Source of the DNA: Candidatus Latescibacterota bacterium
GTDB taxonomy: Bacteria > Latescibacterota > UBA2968 > UBA8231
DNA length: 64,000 nt
Reading direction: 5' to 3'
Assembly: GCA_965197905.1 (NCBI GenBank)
Contig: CBDAOB010000005.1
Coordinates: forward strand, 1,228,176-1,292,175
Shown here in pieces: positions 48,417 to 57,587 of the stretch (position 1 is the first letter of the stretch; the number at the start of each line of letters is the position of its first letter). Below the pieces are notes generated by a model. The model ran no database searches, had not been told where the DNA came from, and saw only the letters and a list, made by a program, of their open reading frames with translations. Both the position numbers and the translations under genes were made by a program.

Positions 48417-49635
48417 GGGTGATGCTAATCGGACCGCAATGCTTGTGGCCAGCCAGGCCTTCTTCAATGGCGTCCTGGCCGTCGAGGTCATACTTCTAGG
48501 CCGTTGGTTTGATAGCACCCTTTTGGGGTTCTATTTCTTCAGCCTTTCTTTGGGCAGCATCCTCGAGGTGTTCGTTCATTGGGGCGCCCAGCACTATGTG
48601 AATCGAGAGGCTGCGTCAGACCTCACTGCCAAGCAGCACCTTCCACTCTTCTTGAGATTTTCGTGCGCCGCCCAGATACTCATCGCGGCGGTCCTGATGA
48701 CGAACTTCGGTTGGCCTCAGGCACTGATCGCTGCGGGGTTGATGATGCGCTCGGGTGCCTTCCTCGTCGGAGCCATTTTCGTCGGTCGGCGCCGGGTTGT
48801 GATCCCGATTCTGGGCCGGGTATCTTCGCAGCTTTTGCTCCTTCTATGTCTGCTGACGATCGTGCGGAGCGGTCCCTCTCTGGAATCCCTTTCCTTGGTC
48901 GAAGCCGGCGTAGGATTTCTGCACCTGCTGGCAATGTTGCTGTTGTTACCGAAAATCGGGTACACGATTCGCGAAGGCGACACTTGGGGCGCCATGGTCA
49001 GCAAGGGAGGCATGTTGGCCAGGGCGGTCTGGCCTTTCACTCTTCTGTTCTTCCTCGGCCAGCTGATCTATCGAGGCGATGCCGTCTTGCTGGCATATCT
49101 CGTCGAGATCGACTCCGTGGCCAAATTGATGCTGGCGTTCAAGTGGATCGAAGGCATGTTCTTCGTTGCCGCCGTCGTCTCCAGCGCCACCATACCGTTG
49201 TTGGTCGAATCGGCCTCTGCTCGGATCCGGGAACTGGTTCTCAAGATCGGCCTTATGCTGTGCGCGGGGTTATCGCTTTTGGCTCTTGGTATGCTGTGGA
49301 TCGGCATTCCCTTCCTGGAGTACGCGTTAGGACAGACGTTCTTCCACTCGCGTCCGTTCTTTCGCCTATTGGTTTGGTGCATCCCACTCCAAGGATTGGG
49401 GTTTTTCTTTGCCACAACCTTGGTTGCTTTGAATCGAGAGCGACCGCTCTTAGTGCTAAGCGGAATAACGATCTTGATCGGGTTTGTGTCGAAATGCCTC
49501 GCAACTTGGCTCTGGGACATCTGGGGATTCGCCTTCGCGATTCTCGGCCACCTCGCCCTCTATCTGGCTGGCACCGGAATGCTTCTTTTCCGTGAGCGCG
49601 GGAAAGATAGGGTTGCAGCAACAGTGAGGCAATGA
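48415..49635 (+). CDS. Wzx-like (MOP superfamily) polysaccharide/oligosaccharide flippase candidate
   Basis: About 12 TM helices and a 406-aa length. It is head-to-head with the nucleotidyltransferase gene. Confidence 0.5.
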   Translation: MGDANRTAMLVASQAFFNGVLAVEVILLGRWFDSTLLGFYFFSLSLGSILEVFVHWGAQHYVNREAASDLTAKQHLPLFLRFSCAAQILIAAVLMTNFGWPQALIAAGLMMRSGAFLVGAIFVGRRRVVIPILGRVSSQLLLLLCLLTIVRSGPSLESLSLVEAGVGFLHLLAMLLLLPKIGYTIREGDTWGAMVSKGGMLARAVWPFTLLFFLGQLIYRGDAVLLAYLVEIDSVAKLMLAFKWIEGMFFVAAVVSSATIPLLVESASARIRELVLKIGLMLCAGLSLLALGMLWIGIPFLEYALGQTFFHSRPFFRLLVWCIPLQGLGFFFATTLVALNRERPLLVLSGITILIGFVSKCLATWLWDIWGFAFAILGHLALYLAGTGMLLFRERGKDRVAATVRQ

Positions 49636-51597
49636 ATGTTGGCAACCGATCCAGACCGTCGCACGTATGTGGCAACCGGTGTCGCCGCAGCAGGGTCCAC
49701 AACGCTCCATCTCCTTGCCAATGTTTTTCCGGAGCATCTGTGGGGCGCACACCACCTGAAATTCCTCTTTCCCGAAGCCGTTATCCCATTCTACCTGTCC
49801 CCTTTGGTTATACTGGTTCCGTCCGTGAATCGGCAATTTCGTCGCATCGTCGGCGCAGTGCTCGGTGCCTGCGGGTCAACAGCTCTTCGGTACGCGATCG
49901 CACTCTGCGTATCCGCGCTGATCTTCTCCGCGTTTCCTCTTGACCACCGTCTCTTTGGCGACAATCTAGCAAGGCTAGGTGAAGTAGCAGGGCTGACCGA
50001 GATAGACCATCGCCCCCATGAGTACGACACTATGTTACGCCGGTTCGTTCACCGCGAGCTTGGCGAATTGCTGGGTTGGGGTGTGGATCGAACCTATGCG
50101 ACGATCTCCATTCTCTTCGGGGTCGCGTACGTCGGCGGATCCCTGGCCCTCTCTCGGCTTTTGGGTCGTAGCTCTGCGGGCGCTGCACTTTTGTTTTGCG
50201 GACTCCTATCGCCCGGGTATATGCTGCTCTTCTTCGGTTATGCGGAGGCTTACAGTTCTGTAATTTCAGCTACCCTGTTCTTTCTCTTGACCACGCTCGC
50301 ATTTATGGAAGGCAGGTGCTCCATCTTGTTACCAGTGCTGACACTGGCCGCAGTAGGTCTCCTGCACATCATGGGACTCTTCGTTGCGCCAGGGTTGGTT
50401 TACGCGGCGGTGAAACGATACGAGGTGGATCGCTTTTTCCCTCTGATCCTCCGCCGTCACTTCGCCCCGGCGCTTTGCTTTGTCAGTCTGCTGCTGGGTT
50501 TGTGGTCCTTTCATCTGATACGGCCTTCTTCCATGCTCCCGCTGTTCGACCGGGTCGACCATCTACCGTACGGAATCCTTTCGTTGGCGCATCTTCTCGA
50601 TATGGTAAATGAGCAGATGCTGGTTGCCTTACCCGGGTGGATCGGACTGCTGCTGGCGCTGGTACAGCCTCGGGGAGAAGCGGATCAACGGCTGCAATTG
50701 TTGGGCGTTGCCGCCGTCGTCAGCTTGGGGATGTGGTTGACGGTCAACCCGGCTCTGGGCAGTCTCGATTGGGATCTGCTCGCTATATCGGCATTGCCTT
50801 GGGTTCTTTTCGGTCTGTACGCCATGATCGTCCGATTCCCTTCAGAGGGCTCTCTGGGTTACGCCGCAGCAGTGGTTGTCGGATTGAGTCTAACACACAC
50901 GATTCCGTGGATCACACTTCAACGTTGGGGGGACAAAGCGGTTTTGGCGGTCGAGGCGATGGTAGTCAACGACGCCCACACCTTTGGTTGGCGCAGCGGA
51001 ATTCTCGGAGTGAGCATGATATCTGAGGGTTTCCATGGAGCCGGACGGCGCCAGCTCGAACGGGCGGAGCGGCGTTCGAGCGACGAAGCACCGGTGGTCC
51101 TGCGGACGCTGGCGCAGATCTATCTCGAGGAAGGCCGATTCGACGAGGTCAACTCGCTGCTGCGGAGAACCCTATTGCTCGTGCCTGACAAGGCCACGCT
51201 GAAGATCTTGCGCGTCTATCGCAAACGCGCGCCCAACGGATTGCTGGCAAGCATCGAGTTGCTGGAGTACGTCATCAGCATCCACCCCCATCCAACCTAT
51301 TTCGGAATACTGGCCGAGTTTTATCGTGCGGCAAATCGTCGCGAGGATCTGTTTCGCCTTATGGATAAGCTGGACCGTACTATTTCTCGATCGGAGCTGT
51401 TGGCAACAACGGATCCAAACAATGGTGAGAATCTGATGAATCTCGGGGCTCTCTATCTTCGGCGCGGCCGCATGCGCGAGGCGGAGACCGCCTTCGACAA
51501 CGCCGAGGCTACACCATTGGGCGCCAAGCAACGGACTTCATTGAGAGAGTTGCGGGCTATACTGGAAACAGTAAAGTCTCGGGGTTCACAAGAATGA
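49636..51597 (+). CDS. polytopic membrane protein with a C-terminal TPR-like soluble domain
   Basis: Many TM helices over about 480 aa, then an alpha-helical repeat region. The start abuts the flippase stop. Confidence 0.45.
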   Translation: MLATDPDRRTYVATGVAAAGSTTLHLLANVFPEHLWGAHHLKFLFPEAVIPFYLSPLVILVPSVNRQFRRIVGAVLGACGSTALRYAIALCVSALIFSAFPLDHRLFGDNLARLGEVAGLTEIDHRPHEYDTMLRRFVHRELGELLGWGVDRTYATISILFGVAYVGGSLALSRLLGRSSAGAALLFCGLLSPGYMLLFFGYAEAYSSVISATLFFLLTTLAFMEGRCSILLPVLTLAAVGLLHIMGLFVAPGLVYAAVKRYEVDRFFPLILRRHFAPALCFVSLLLGLWSFHLIRPSSMLPLFDRVDHLPYGILSLAHLLDMVNEQMLVALPGWIGLLLALVQPRGEADQRLQLLGVAAVVSLGMWLTVNPALGSLDWDLLAISALPWVLFGLYAMIVRFPSEGSLGYAAAVVVGLSLTHTIPWITLQRWGDKAVLAVEAMVVNDAHTFGWRSGILGVSMISEGFHGAGRRQLERAERRSSDEAPVVLRTLAQIYLEEGRFDEVNSLLRRTLLLVPDKATLKILRVYRKRAPNGLLASIELLEYVISIHPHPTYFGILAEFYRAANRREDLFRLMDKLDRTISRSELLATTDPNNGENLMNLGALYLRRGRMREAETAFDNAEATPLGAKQRTSLRELRAILETVKSRGSQE

Positions 51598-52610
51598 TGG
51601 CGACGATAGAACGTCCTCCCGATCGTTTGCTGGCTCCTTCCTTCTGGACGAGTCTGTTCGGACGCGACATCAGCAGCTGCCGGGCCGAACTTATCGAGAG
51701 GGGAATGAGTCCCAGCACCGTGTTCCGAATGCACTTTGAACGGGGGGATCCAAGTTTTCCTACGCTTATTCTCAAGGTCTCCAGAGCCCCCTGGCCCTCC
51801 AGTGACCCGACCGGGTTTGGCAGGGAAGCGTTCGTTTATGAACGTTTCATTGGAAGAACGTCCACGGTGGGCCCCGAGCTGATCCATTGCGAGGCCGATG
51901 GCGACGGCACTGTGATCGTGCTCTCCGATCTGGAGATCGATCATGAGTTCAAGAGATCAGACCATCTCTGGAGCCAGACGGAGATCGTGCCGGTTCTCGA
52001 AACATTCGCTCGCTTGCATCTGCAAGCGGAGGAGATCGGCCATGCGGATGGTGGCCCCCTGGTTGCGGCTCCGAACCTTCGCTGGGGGCAGGCCGTCATT
52101 CTGGAGGCGGCGCGAAGCGTAATGCCTCACGTTACAGAAATCCCCTCAAGATTTCTTTCGGAGTGTGAATTCCTGCTCGGCAGGCTGGATCCGAACAGCT
52201 GGCAGCAGCGACCCTCGACGTTGCTTCATAGCGATTTTAATGCCTCAAATGTGGCTTTCTCGAACCGCTCCGGAGAAGCGCGGCTGATCGATTGGCATAT
52301 CGCGGCTTGGGGTATGCCATCATTCGAGATCGGGTCGCTATTTTACCAGCCGCACTGCAACCACGTGAAGTTGAGCCGGTCTCAAACCCTGCGGCAGTAT
52401 CTCCATGCCCGTTACGAGCTGGACGGAGTAAGATTCGACGAACAGGAGGAGTGGAACTGTTTCCGCTTCGCCCTGGCGTACGACGGACTCAGTTACCTTC
52501 CCCCGGTAGCCCGGAGTCTGAAGGAGGCAGGATCCCTGTCCGGCTGGTGGTTGAACATGTTGCAGAATATTGTTGAGAATCTGAATTGGGCGGCGCGAGA
52601 ATACCGGTAG
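51594..52610 (+). CDS. aminoglycoside-phosphotransferase / choline-kinase-fold (APH-like) kinase
   Basis: The catalytic loop HSDFNASNV and LIDWHIAAWG match the APH-like HxDxxxxN and DxE motifs. ATGA overlap with the upstream gene. Confidence 0.6.
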   Translation: MMATIERPPDRLLAPSFWTSLFGRDISSCRAELIERGMSPSTVFRMHFERGDPSFPTLILKVSRAPWPSSDPTGFGREAFVYERFIGRTSTVGPELIHCEADGDGTVIVLSDLEIDHEFKRSDHLWSQTEIVPVLETFARLHLQAEEIGHADGGPLVAAPNLRWGQAVILEAARSVMPHVTEIPSRFLSECEFLLGRLDPNSWQQRPSTLLHSDFNASNVAFSNRSGEARLIDWHIAAWGMPSFEIGSLFYQPHCNHVKLSRSQTLRQYLHARYELDGVRFDEQEEWNCFRFALAYDGLSYLPPVARSLKEAGSLSGWWLNMLQNIVENLNWAAREYR

Positions 52611-52620
52611 AAATGCGGAA

Positions 52621-53646
52621 TTGATGGAATACGAGGAATTCGCCGCCGACCTGGAAGATTTCTGGGGGCGCCGGAAGAATGAGCCGACCCACCGGCGGGA
52701 GACGGTCTTATTCGGTCGCAACACTTGCATCCATGCCAATGAGGCGGCCGTGCTCGAGGCCGTCGATTTCTCGGCCCGGCTGTTCTCCCGCGTCGCCACG
52801 TTGTGCGACCGGTCCTTCGAGGTGCGGATCGTCGTAAGCCCGGCACCCCAACCGCCGCAGCCGGTGGACGAGAGCCTGGTTAACCAGTTGCACTACGTGG
52901 GACAGGGCGACTGGCTGCACATCCGCGCTGCCGCATGGGGCAGCGCCCACGTTGCTTTGAACCGTGGAGAAGCCCACTTGATACTGACCCCCGAGCTAGC
53001 GTGTCGGCCCGACCTGGTCAGCTCGTACCTTTTGAACACGGTGCTGCTGAACCTCGCCATCGCCGATGGGGTAGGCATGTTGCACGCCTCGTGCCTCATG
53101 CGGAACGGACGGGCGCTATTGCTGATGGCGCCACACAACACCGGTAAATCAACGACCGCCCTCGAACTCGTGCGCGCCGGCTATCGCCTTCTTACCGACA
53201 GCATGGTCTTCTTTCAGCTGGTCGATGGCAGGCCGCTACTCATGGGCATGCCGGTGGGCCGGATTAAACTGAGGCGAAATGTTCTCAGCCGTTTCCCGGA
53301 GTTCGAAGCTTCGTTGAAGGCGGAGCAGGTACGCTCTGAAACCAAATACGTGGCCGAACTGACCGAGCGTTCACAAACAGAAAAAGAAGCGGTTTCCGCG
53401 GCTGCGATCGCACTTTGCCTGCTGCGGCGAAGCGAGCTCGAGTCGAGCCATTACGTCGTCGTGGATCGGTCGGAGATCATGCAGGCTATCGTAAAAAACA
53501 GCTTGTACTTCGACAGCTCCATGGTGTGGCGTCGAAATCTCGATCAGCTGGAGCAGTTGGTTGAAATTGCAGATTGGTACAGCCTGGCGGTGGGAACGAG
53601 CCCCGCGGGAATCGTAGAAGCTGTTAACTCGATCCTGAACGACTAG
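52621..53646 (+). CDS. HPr kinase/phosphorylase C-terminal-domain-like protein with a degenerate P-loop
   Basis: LLMAPHNTGKSTTALELVRAGYRLLTDS aligns with the HprK [25 protein letters not shown] region. Confidence 0.55.
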   Translation: MMEYEEFAADLEDFWGRRKNEPTHRRETVLFGRNTCIHANEAAVLEAVDFSARLFSRVATLCDRSFEVRIVVSPAPQPPQPVDESLVNQLHYVGQGDWLHIRAAAWGSAHVALNRGEAHLILTPELACRPDLVSSYLLNTVLLNLAIADGVGMLHASCLMRNGRALLLMAPHNTGKSTTALELVRAGYRLLTDSMVFFQLVDGRPLLMGMPVGRIKLRRNVLSRFPEFEASLKAEQVRSETKYVAELTERSQTEKEAVSAAAIALCLLRRSELESSHYVVVDRSEIMQAIVKNSLYFDSSMVWRRNLDQLEQLVEIADWYSLAVGTSPAGIVEAVNSILND

Positions 53647-54863
53647 CCGATGTGCTGAGGAATCTCTATTTCCTCCCCCGTCATCTCGAAGATCTGGTGT
53701 TGGTACACCGTGCGTACGATAGTGCTTTCCAGCGCGGGTGGCAGGTCGACAAAACGCAATTGCATGGTCCGGCCATGCGGGTCTGACGTGTCCCGAAGTA
53801 CCTGGCAGACAATTCCCCCCAGTGGGAAAGCTCCTTCGAAGTCGGGATCGATCAACACCCGGAAGCCTGCAGTCGTCGTATCCTCCGTCCTGACACTGAG
53901 TCCACCGGCACCCAAGTCCATCACTTCCACCTGAATGGCGGGTAGCTCTCGGGGGTCGAAAACCGCTTCATGCGCTTCCCCATCGTCGGCGTCAGAGCTG
54001 TCTTCCGGGAGCTCGACGACTACGTCCTCCTCCCCGGACGTATCGACGCTATCGAGCAACGCGATGGCCGCCTCGGTCCCCTTTGGCCCCGCATCTTCAG
54101 GCAGCACTCTGAGCAGCATCGGGAAGTGGACCGGTATGCGAAAAAATCCGCGCTGCTGCATGCGCTCCAGGTCGTGCACATGCTTGAGCAGAATCGTCTG
54201 CGAGACCTCGTCGACGGAGATTATTTCGGTCGTGAAACGATATTCCGTGTCCTGCTCTCTCCAAAACCGGGCGGACAGGTGGCTCCCCTGAGTCACCGCG
54301 CGGAATTCCCGCTGGTCTTCCCGCAACATCAAGGTGGCGGAGAGCCCGCGCTCGTCCCGGCTTACCACAAGCCAAGGAGAAAAGGTTTCCGTGTCGCCTG
54401 CTTCCGGCTGCACCATCAGGGTGACTCCGGGCTCCAGTTGCCGCGTGGTGCGCATCGGTTGGGCGGCATCGAGGGAATCGAACCCCAGCATCTCTCGCAT
54501 CTCGGCGATGTTCTTCAACACGGGGTCTTCCGGATTGCGATCGGCCACGCGAGCTGCGTATCGGCCCACGTGTCGATCGAAGCTATACACGGAATTCAAA
54601 AGCATCGATGGGTCGCTGAGCGAATGTTTGCGGCCCAACTTTGCGAGAAATCGCAACTGTTTCGGCTTCAGACCTCGATCCTTGCCCGAACTCCAGAACC
54701 GTTTGTGAATCGCCTGCTGATGGCGCCGCCGTTTGACAAAGTACCCCACCGCCATCGCCAACAGACCGGCACAGAGCAATGTAAACAGGACTTTTACTAC
54801 CGGTGACGGCTCCTCAATCCGTGGCCGCAGCAGGGGCAGAATCTCGCGCAATCCTTCGTTCAC
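53643..54863 (-). CDS. membrane-anchored PilZ-domain protein
   Basis: An N-terminal TM helix. RGFFR (RxxxR) and a DLGAGGLS (DxSxGG-like) motif pair. Convergent 4-nt overlap with the HprK-like gene. Confidence 0.5.
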   Translation of the reverse strand: MNEGLREILPLLRPRIEEPSPVVKVLFTLLCAGLLAMAVGYFVKRRRHQQAIHKRFWSSGKDRGLKPKQLRFLAKLGRKHSLSDPSMLLNSVYSFDRHVGRYAARVADRNPEDPVLKNIAEMREMLGFDSLDAAQPMRTTRQLEPGVTLMVQPEAGDTETFSPWLVVSRDERGLSATLMLREDQREFRAVTQGSHLSARFWREQDTEYRFTTEIISVDEVSQTILLKHVHDLERMQQRGFFRIPVHFPMLLRVLPEDAGPKGTEAAIALLDSVDTSGEEDVVVELPEDSSDADDGEAHEAVFDPRELPAIQVEVMDLGAGGLSVRTEDTTTAGFRVLIDPDFEGAFPLGGIVCQVLRDTSDPHGRTMQLRFVDLPPALESTIVRTVYQHQIFEMTGEEIEIPQHIG

Positions 54864-54928
54864 GATTCGTCCTTCTCCATTTCGGTCTTAGATACGAAAG
54901 ACCACCTTGCAAGTCAATTGAGAAATGC

Positions 54929-54957
54929 TTGTAAGTTGCTGTCAGAATTGCTATTAA
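54929..54957 (+). promoter_or_regulatory. sigma70-like promoter (TTGTAA, 17-nt spacer, TATTAA) upstream of the response regulator
   Basis: Read directly from the sequence. Followed by TAGCTAGGCGGTT. Confidence 0.3.
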
Positions 54958-55014
54958 TACTAGCTAGGCGGTTGGCGTTCCTCTTGCCCGAAAACTCACC
55001 CCAGGTTATGCCCC

Positions 55015-55647
55015 ATGGCCACTTTACTGATCATTGAAGACGACATGGTGTTTCAACGGGCGTTGAAACGCGCCCTCGAACCAGCCGGACACAAGGTGTC
55101 GACGGCCGACACCGGGCACAGCGGTCTGGCGATGCTGCAGGAGTATATGCCCGACGTTGTTCTGCTTGATTTGATTCTAGGGGATGGGGACCTGGATGGT
55201 CTCGAGGTCCTGGCGTGGACGCGGGCACTGAACTCGGAGCTCCCCATCATCATCATGACCGGTCATGCCTGCGTGGAGACCGCGGTGGAAGCGATGAAAC
55301 TTGGAGCCAGTGACTACGTTCAGAAACCGTTGAATTTCGACGAGGTGCTGCTCTTGATCGATCGGAGCCTCGAGGTGGTCAATCTGCGGCGAGAGTTGGA
55401 TCGGCTCCGCAGCGCGCAGGTGGCACCGATAGGGGAGTCCCTAGCCCATATCGTCGAAGAGCACCCCGAAGGCGATGTCTACGACGGTGTCCTTCGACAA
55501 CTACTGATGGAAGCGCTGCAAAGAGCCGGTGGCAACAAGGCCCGGGCCTGCCGGTGGCTCGGATTGAGCAAGTCGCGTCTGGACTACCGTCTGCGTCAGT
55601 ACGGCATCAACGCCACCGAGATTCGCAAGGCAGGGCGTAGTGGCTGA
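55015..55647 (+). CDS. response regulator: REC domain plus Fis-type HTH, no sigma54 AAA+ module
   Basis: LIIEDD...LLDLILGDGDG receiver domain and the C-terminal GGNKARACRWLGLSKSRLDYRLRQYGI HTH_8. Confidence 0.75.
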   Translation: MATLLIIEDDMVFQRALKRALEPAGHKVSTADTGHSGLAMLQEYMPDVVLLDLILGDGDLDGLEVLAWTRALNSELPIIIMTGHACVETAVEAMKLGASDYVQKPLNFDEVLLLIDRSLEVVNLRRELDRLRSAQVAPIGESLAHIVEEHPEGDVYDGVLRQLLMEALQRAGGNKARACRWLGLSKSRLDYRLRQYGINATEIRKAGRSG

Positions 55648-55885
55648 AACGCTCCCAACTGGAGATGAACCCCTGGAGGAGAATGCGGCGCTGTTGCAAC
55701 GGTTTGTTCACGATCTCAACAATATCCTGGCGGCGGCATTGGTCAACGCAGATCTGCTGCAAAATCGGCTTGCGCCAGAAAGTCCTCTAATGGAGATCGT
55801 GGAGGATCTGAACCTTTCCTTGGAACAGGCGCGGACGTTGATACAAGAGATCAGAGCGGCAGCGCCAAACCTCAAAGGGCGCTAG
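55640..55885 (+). CDS. 81-aa DHp (HisKA-like) domain-only protein; likely a remnant of a sensor histidine kinase
   Basis: H-box FVHDLNNIL. No HATPase_c domain. It overlaps the response-regulator stop, and its 3' end overlaps the convergent rbsK gene. Confidence 0.4.
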   Translation: MAETLPTGDEPLEENAALLQRFVHDLNNILAAALVNADLLQNRLAPESPLMEIVEDLNLSLEQARTLIQEIRAAAPNLKGR

Positions 55886-56738
55886 TGGTGTCGTCCACTT
55901 CCTCGGCGCTGGGGATTGAATCCATGGCGCCCGATCTCGAAACGCATATGGCCGCCGCAGACGTTGCCCTCTCAATTGAAAACCTTGCGTCCGCGCCTCG
56001 AGCGCGTTCTGCGAGGTAATATCCTATGAAGGTATCTCCGGCCGCCGTGGTGTCGATTGCCTTTACCTTCGGCGCGTCAATCCGAAAGCCTTCCGAGCGA
56101 TAGCGATACTCGGCTCCCTGAGCGCCCAAGGTTAACAGTACCTCGGCAGCGGGCAGCTTTTCCGCCACCCGTTGGGCTAATTGATCGATGCTGATGTTGC
56201 CGACGAGACCGGCGGCTTCGGTCTGGTTGAGAATCAAGCCGCTCAATTTGTGCAAGGGATATTTTAGCAGGTCGGGGTCGAACGGAGCCGGGTTGAGATA
56301 GATGCTCAACTCTCTGGTTTTGGCCTCATTTATTAAATAAGATACTTCGTTTATCTCATTCTGTAACAGTAGAGTATCTCCACTATGAAAGTTGGTCAAG
56401 CTGTCGGCGATATATTCCCGGGATAGATCAGTGTTGGCCCCCGCATGCAACAAGATCGAGTTCTCTCCCTCGTGGTCCACCTGGATGATAGCGTGTCCCG
56501 TCGGATGATTGGAAGTGGCTATATATCGGGTTTCAGCGCCAAATGCGGCGAGTTTTTCAATCAGCCAGCGGCCATCGGGGCCCACCATGCCACCGTGGGC
56601 GACCTCGGCGCCAGCCAGCGCGAGGGCGGCGGTCTGGTTCGCCCCTTTGCCGCCGGCGAAGACCTGATAAGAGCGGCTGGAGATGGTTTCGCCAGGCCGT
56701 GAAATATGCGCTACGTTGTAGACGTGGTCTATGTTGAT
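55872..56738 (-). CDS. rbsK: ribokinase (PfkB family)
   Basis: GGKGANQ and DTTAAGDTF motifs. The start is reassigned to the GTG giving VILNFGSINIDH. Confidence 0.75.
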   Translation of the reverse strand: MNIDHVYNVAHISRPGETISSRSYQVFAGGKGANQTAALALAGAEVAHGGMVGPDGRWLIEKLAAFGAETRYIATSNHPTGHAIIQVDHEGENSILLHAGANTDLSREYIADSLTNFHSGDTLLLQNEINEVSYLINEAKTRELSIYLNPAPFDPDLLKYPLHKLSGLILNQTEAAGLVGNISIDQLAQRVAEKLPAAEVLLTLGAQGAEYRYRSEGFRIDAPKVKAIDTTAAGDTFIGYYLAERARGADARFSIERATSAAAICVSRSGAMDSIPSAEEVDDTTSAL

Positions 56739-56755
56739 GGAGCCGAAATTGAGAA

Positions 56756-57499
56756 TCACCTCAAGGCTTCTTTGAGCTCCGACTGCGCGTGGGTGGTGAG
56801 AAACCGCATGTCGCTGGCCAGATCGATGAACCGAAAACCTTCCGCGAGCCGCGATCTGGCGCCCGCGGCATCCTGCACCGGCAAGCCGCTCGGTGTGCCC
56901 GCTTTCTGGCACCCTTCGCGAAAACGTTGCAGTGCCTCTTCGTGGTCGGAGTGCCCTGCTTCGACGCCCATGGAAAAGGCCAGGTCTGTCGGACCCAGAA
57001 AGCCGATGTCGACACCCTCGACGCATGCGATCGTTTCGGCATTGTTGATGCCCTCCATATCCTCGATCTGGGGAATACAGAGAACAGCGTCGTTTGCCGT
57101 CGTGCGGTAATCCGGAGAGATCAGGTTGCAGCGGCCCGAGCCAACCGACCGGCTACCCCTGGGAGGATATCGCATGGCTTTGGACAGTTTCTCGGCCTGC
57201 TCGGGCGTGCTGACGTGAGGGAAGACGATTCCGTGGGCGCCAGCGTCGAGAAGGCGCGCCACGGTGACGGGGTCGTGGTCCCAGGCGCGCACCAGGGGTA
57301 TCGATCCCCGCGCCTCGATGGCGCGGAAGGTCTGCGTGATCAGATCCAGATCGAAGGGGGAGTGTTCGGCATCCACGGCGATCCATGGAAATCCGATCGA
57401 CGCCAGAACCTCGGCGGCCAAAGGTGAGGCGAGATTGAGCCAGCTTCCCACCGATGCCTCTCCGCGCGAAAGGGTTTCCCGTACGGGATTTTCCATCAA
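56756..57499 (-). CDS. HpcH/HpaI family 2-keto-3-deoxy-sugar-acid aldolase
   Basis: TIM-barrel aldolase pattern (WLNLASP...AVDAEHSP, RAWDHDP). Confidence 0.75.
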   Translation of the reverse strand: MMENPVRETLSRGEASVGSWLNLASPLAAEVLASIGFPWIAVDAEHSPFDLDLITQTFRAIEARGSIPLVRAWDHDPVTVARLLDAGAHGIVFPHVSTPEQAEKLSKAMRYPPRGSRSVGSGRCNLISPDYRTTANDAVLCIPQIEDMEGINNAETIACVEGVDIGFLGPTDLAFSMGVEAGHSDHEEALQRFREGCQKAGTPSGLPVQDAAGARSRLAEGFRFIDLASDMRFLTTHAQSELKEALR

Positions 57500-57567
57500 A
57501 TATTCCTCAGGTCTAACTTAATAGTGATACAAATACAAATTCCGTAATATGTTGCGATACAACAAGC

Positions 57568-57587
57568 TGATAGCTACTTGATAGCTA
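57568..57587. promoter_or_regulatory. tandem 9-bp repeat TGATAGCTA-ct-TGATAGCTA with palindromic TAGCTA cores, in an AT-rich intergenic region
   Basis: Read directly. It lies between the ispG stop and the aldolase start on the minus strand. It may be an operator, or a weak terminator hairpin. Confidence 0.3.

Noticed and set aside
47196-53646. Calling this a lasso-peptide (RiPP) biosynthetic cluster because of the HprK-like kinase plus PF14907 nucleotidyltransferase.
   Set aside because: In any frame I see no asparagine-synthetase-like cyclase, transglutaminase-like protease, PqqD/RRE or plausible precursor. The flippase and polytopic membrane proteins point instead to an envelope-modification role. 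I kept it as a novel-system candidate, not as a lasso cluster.
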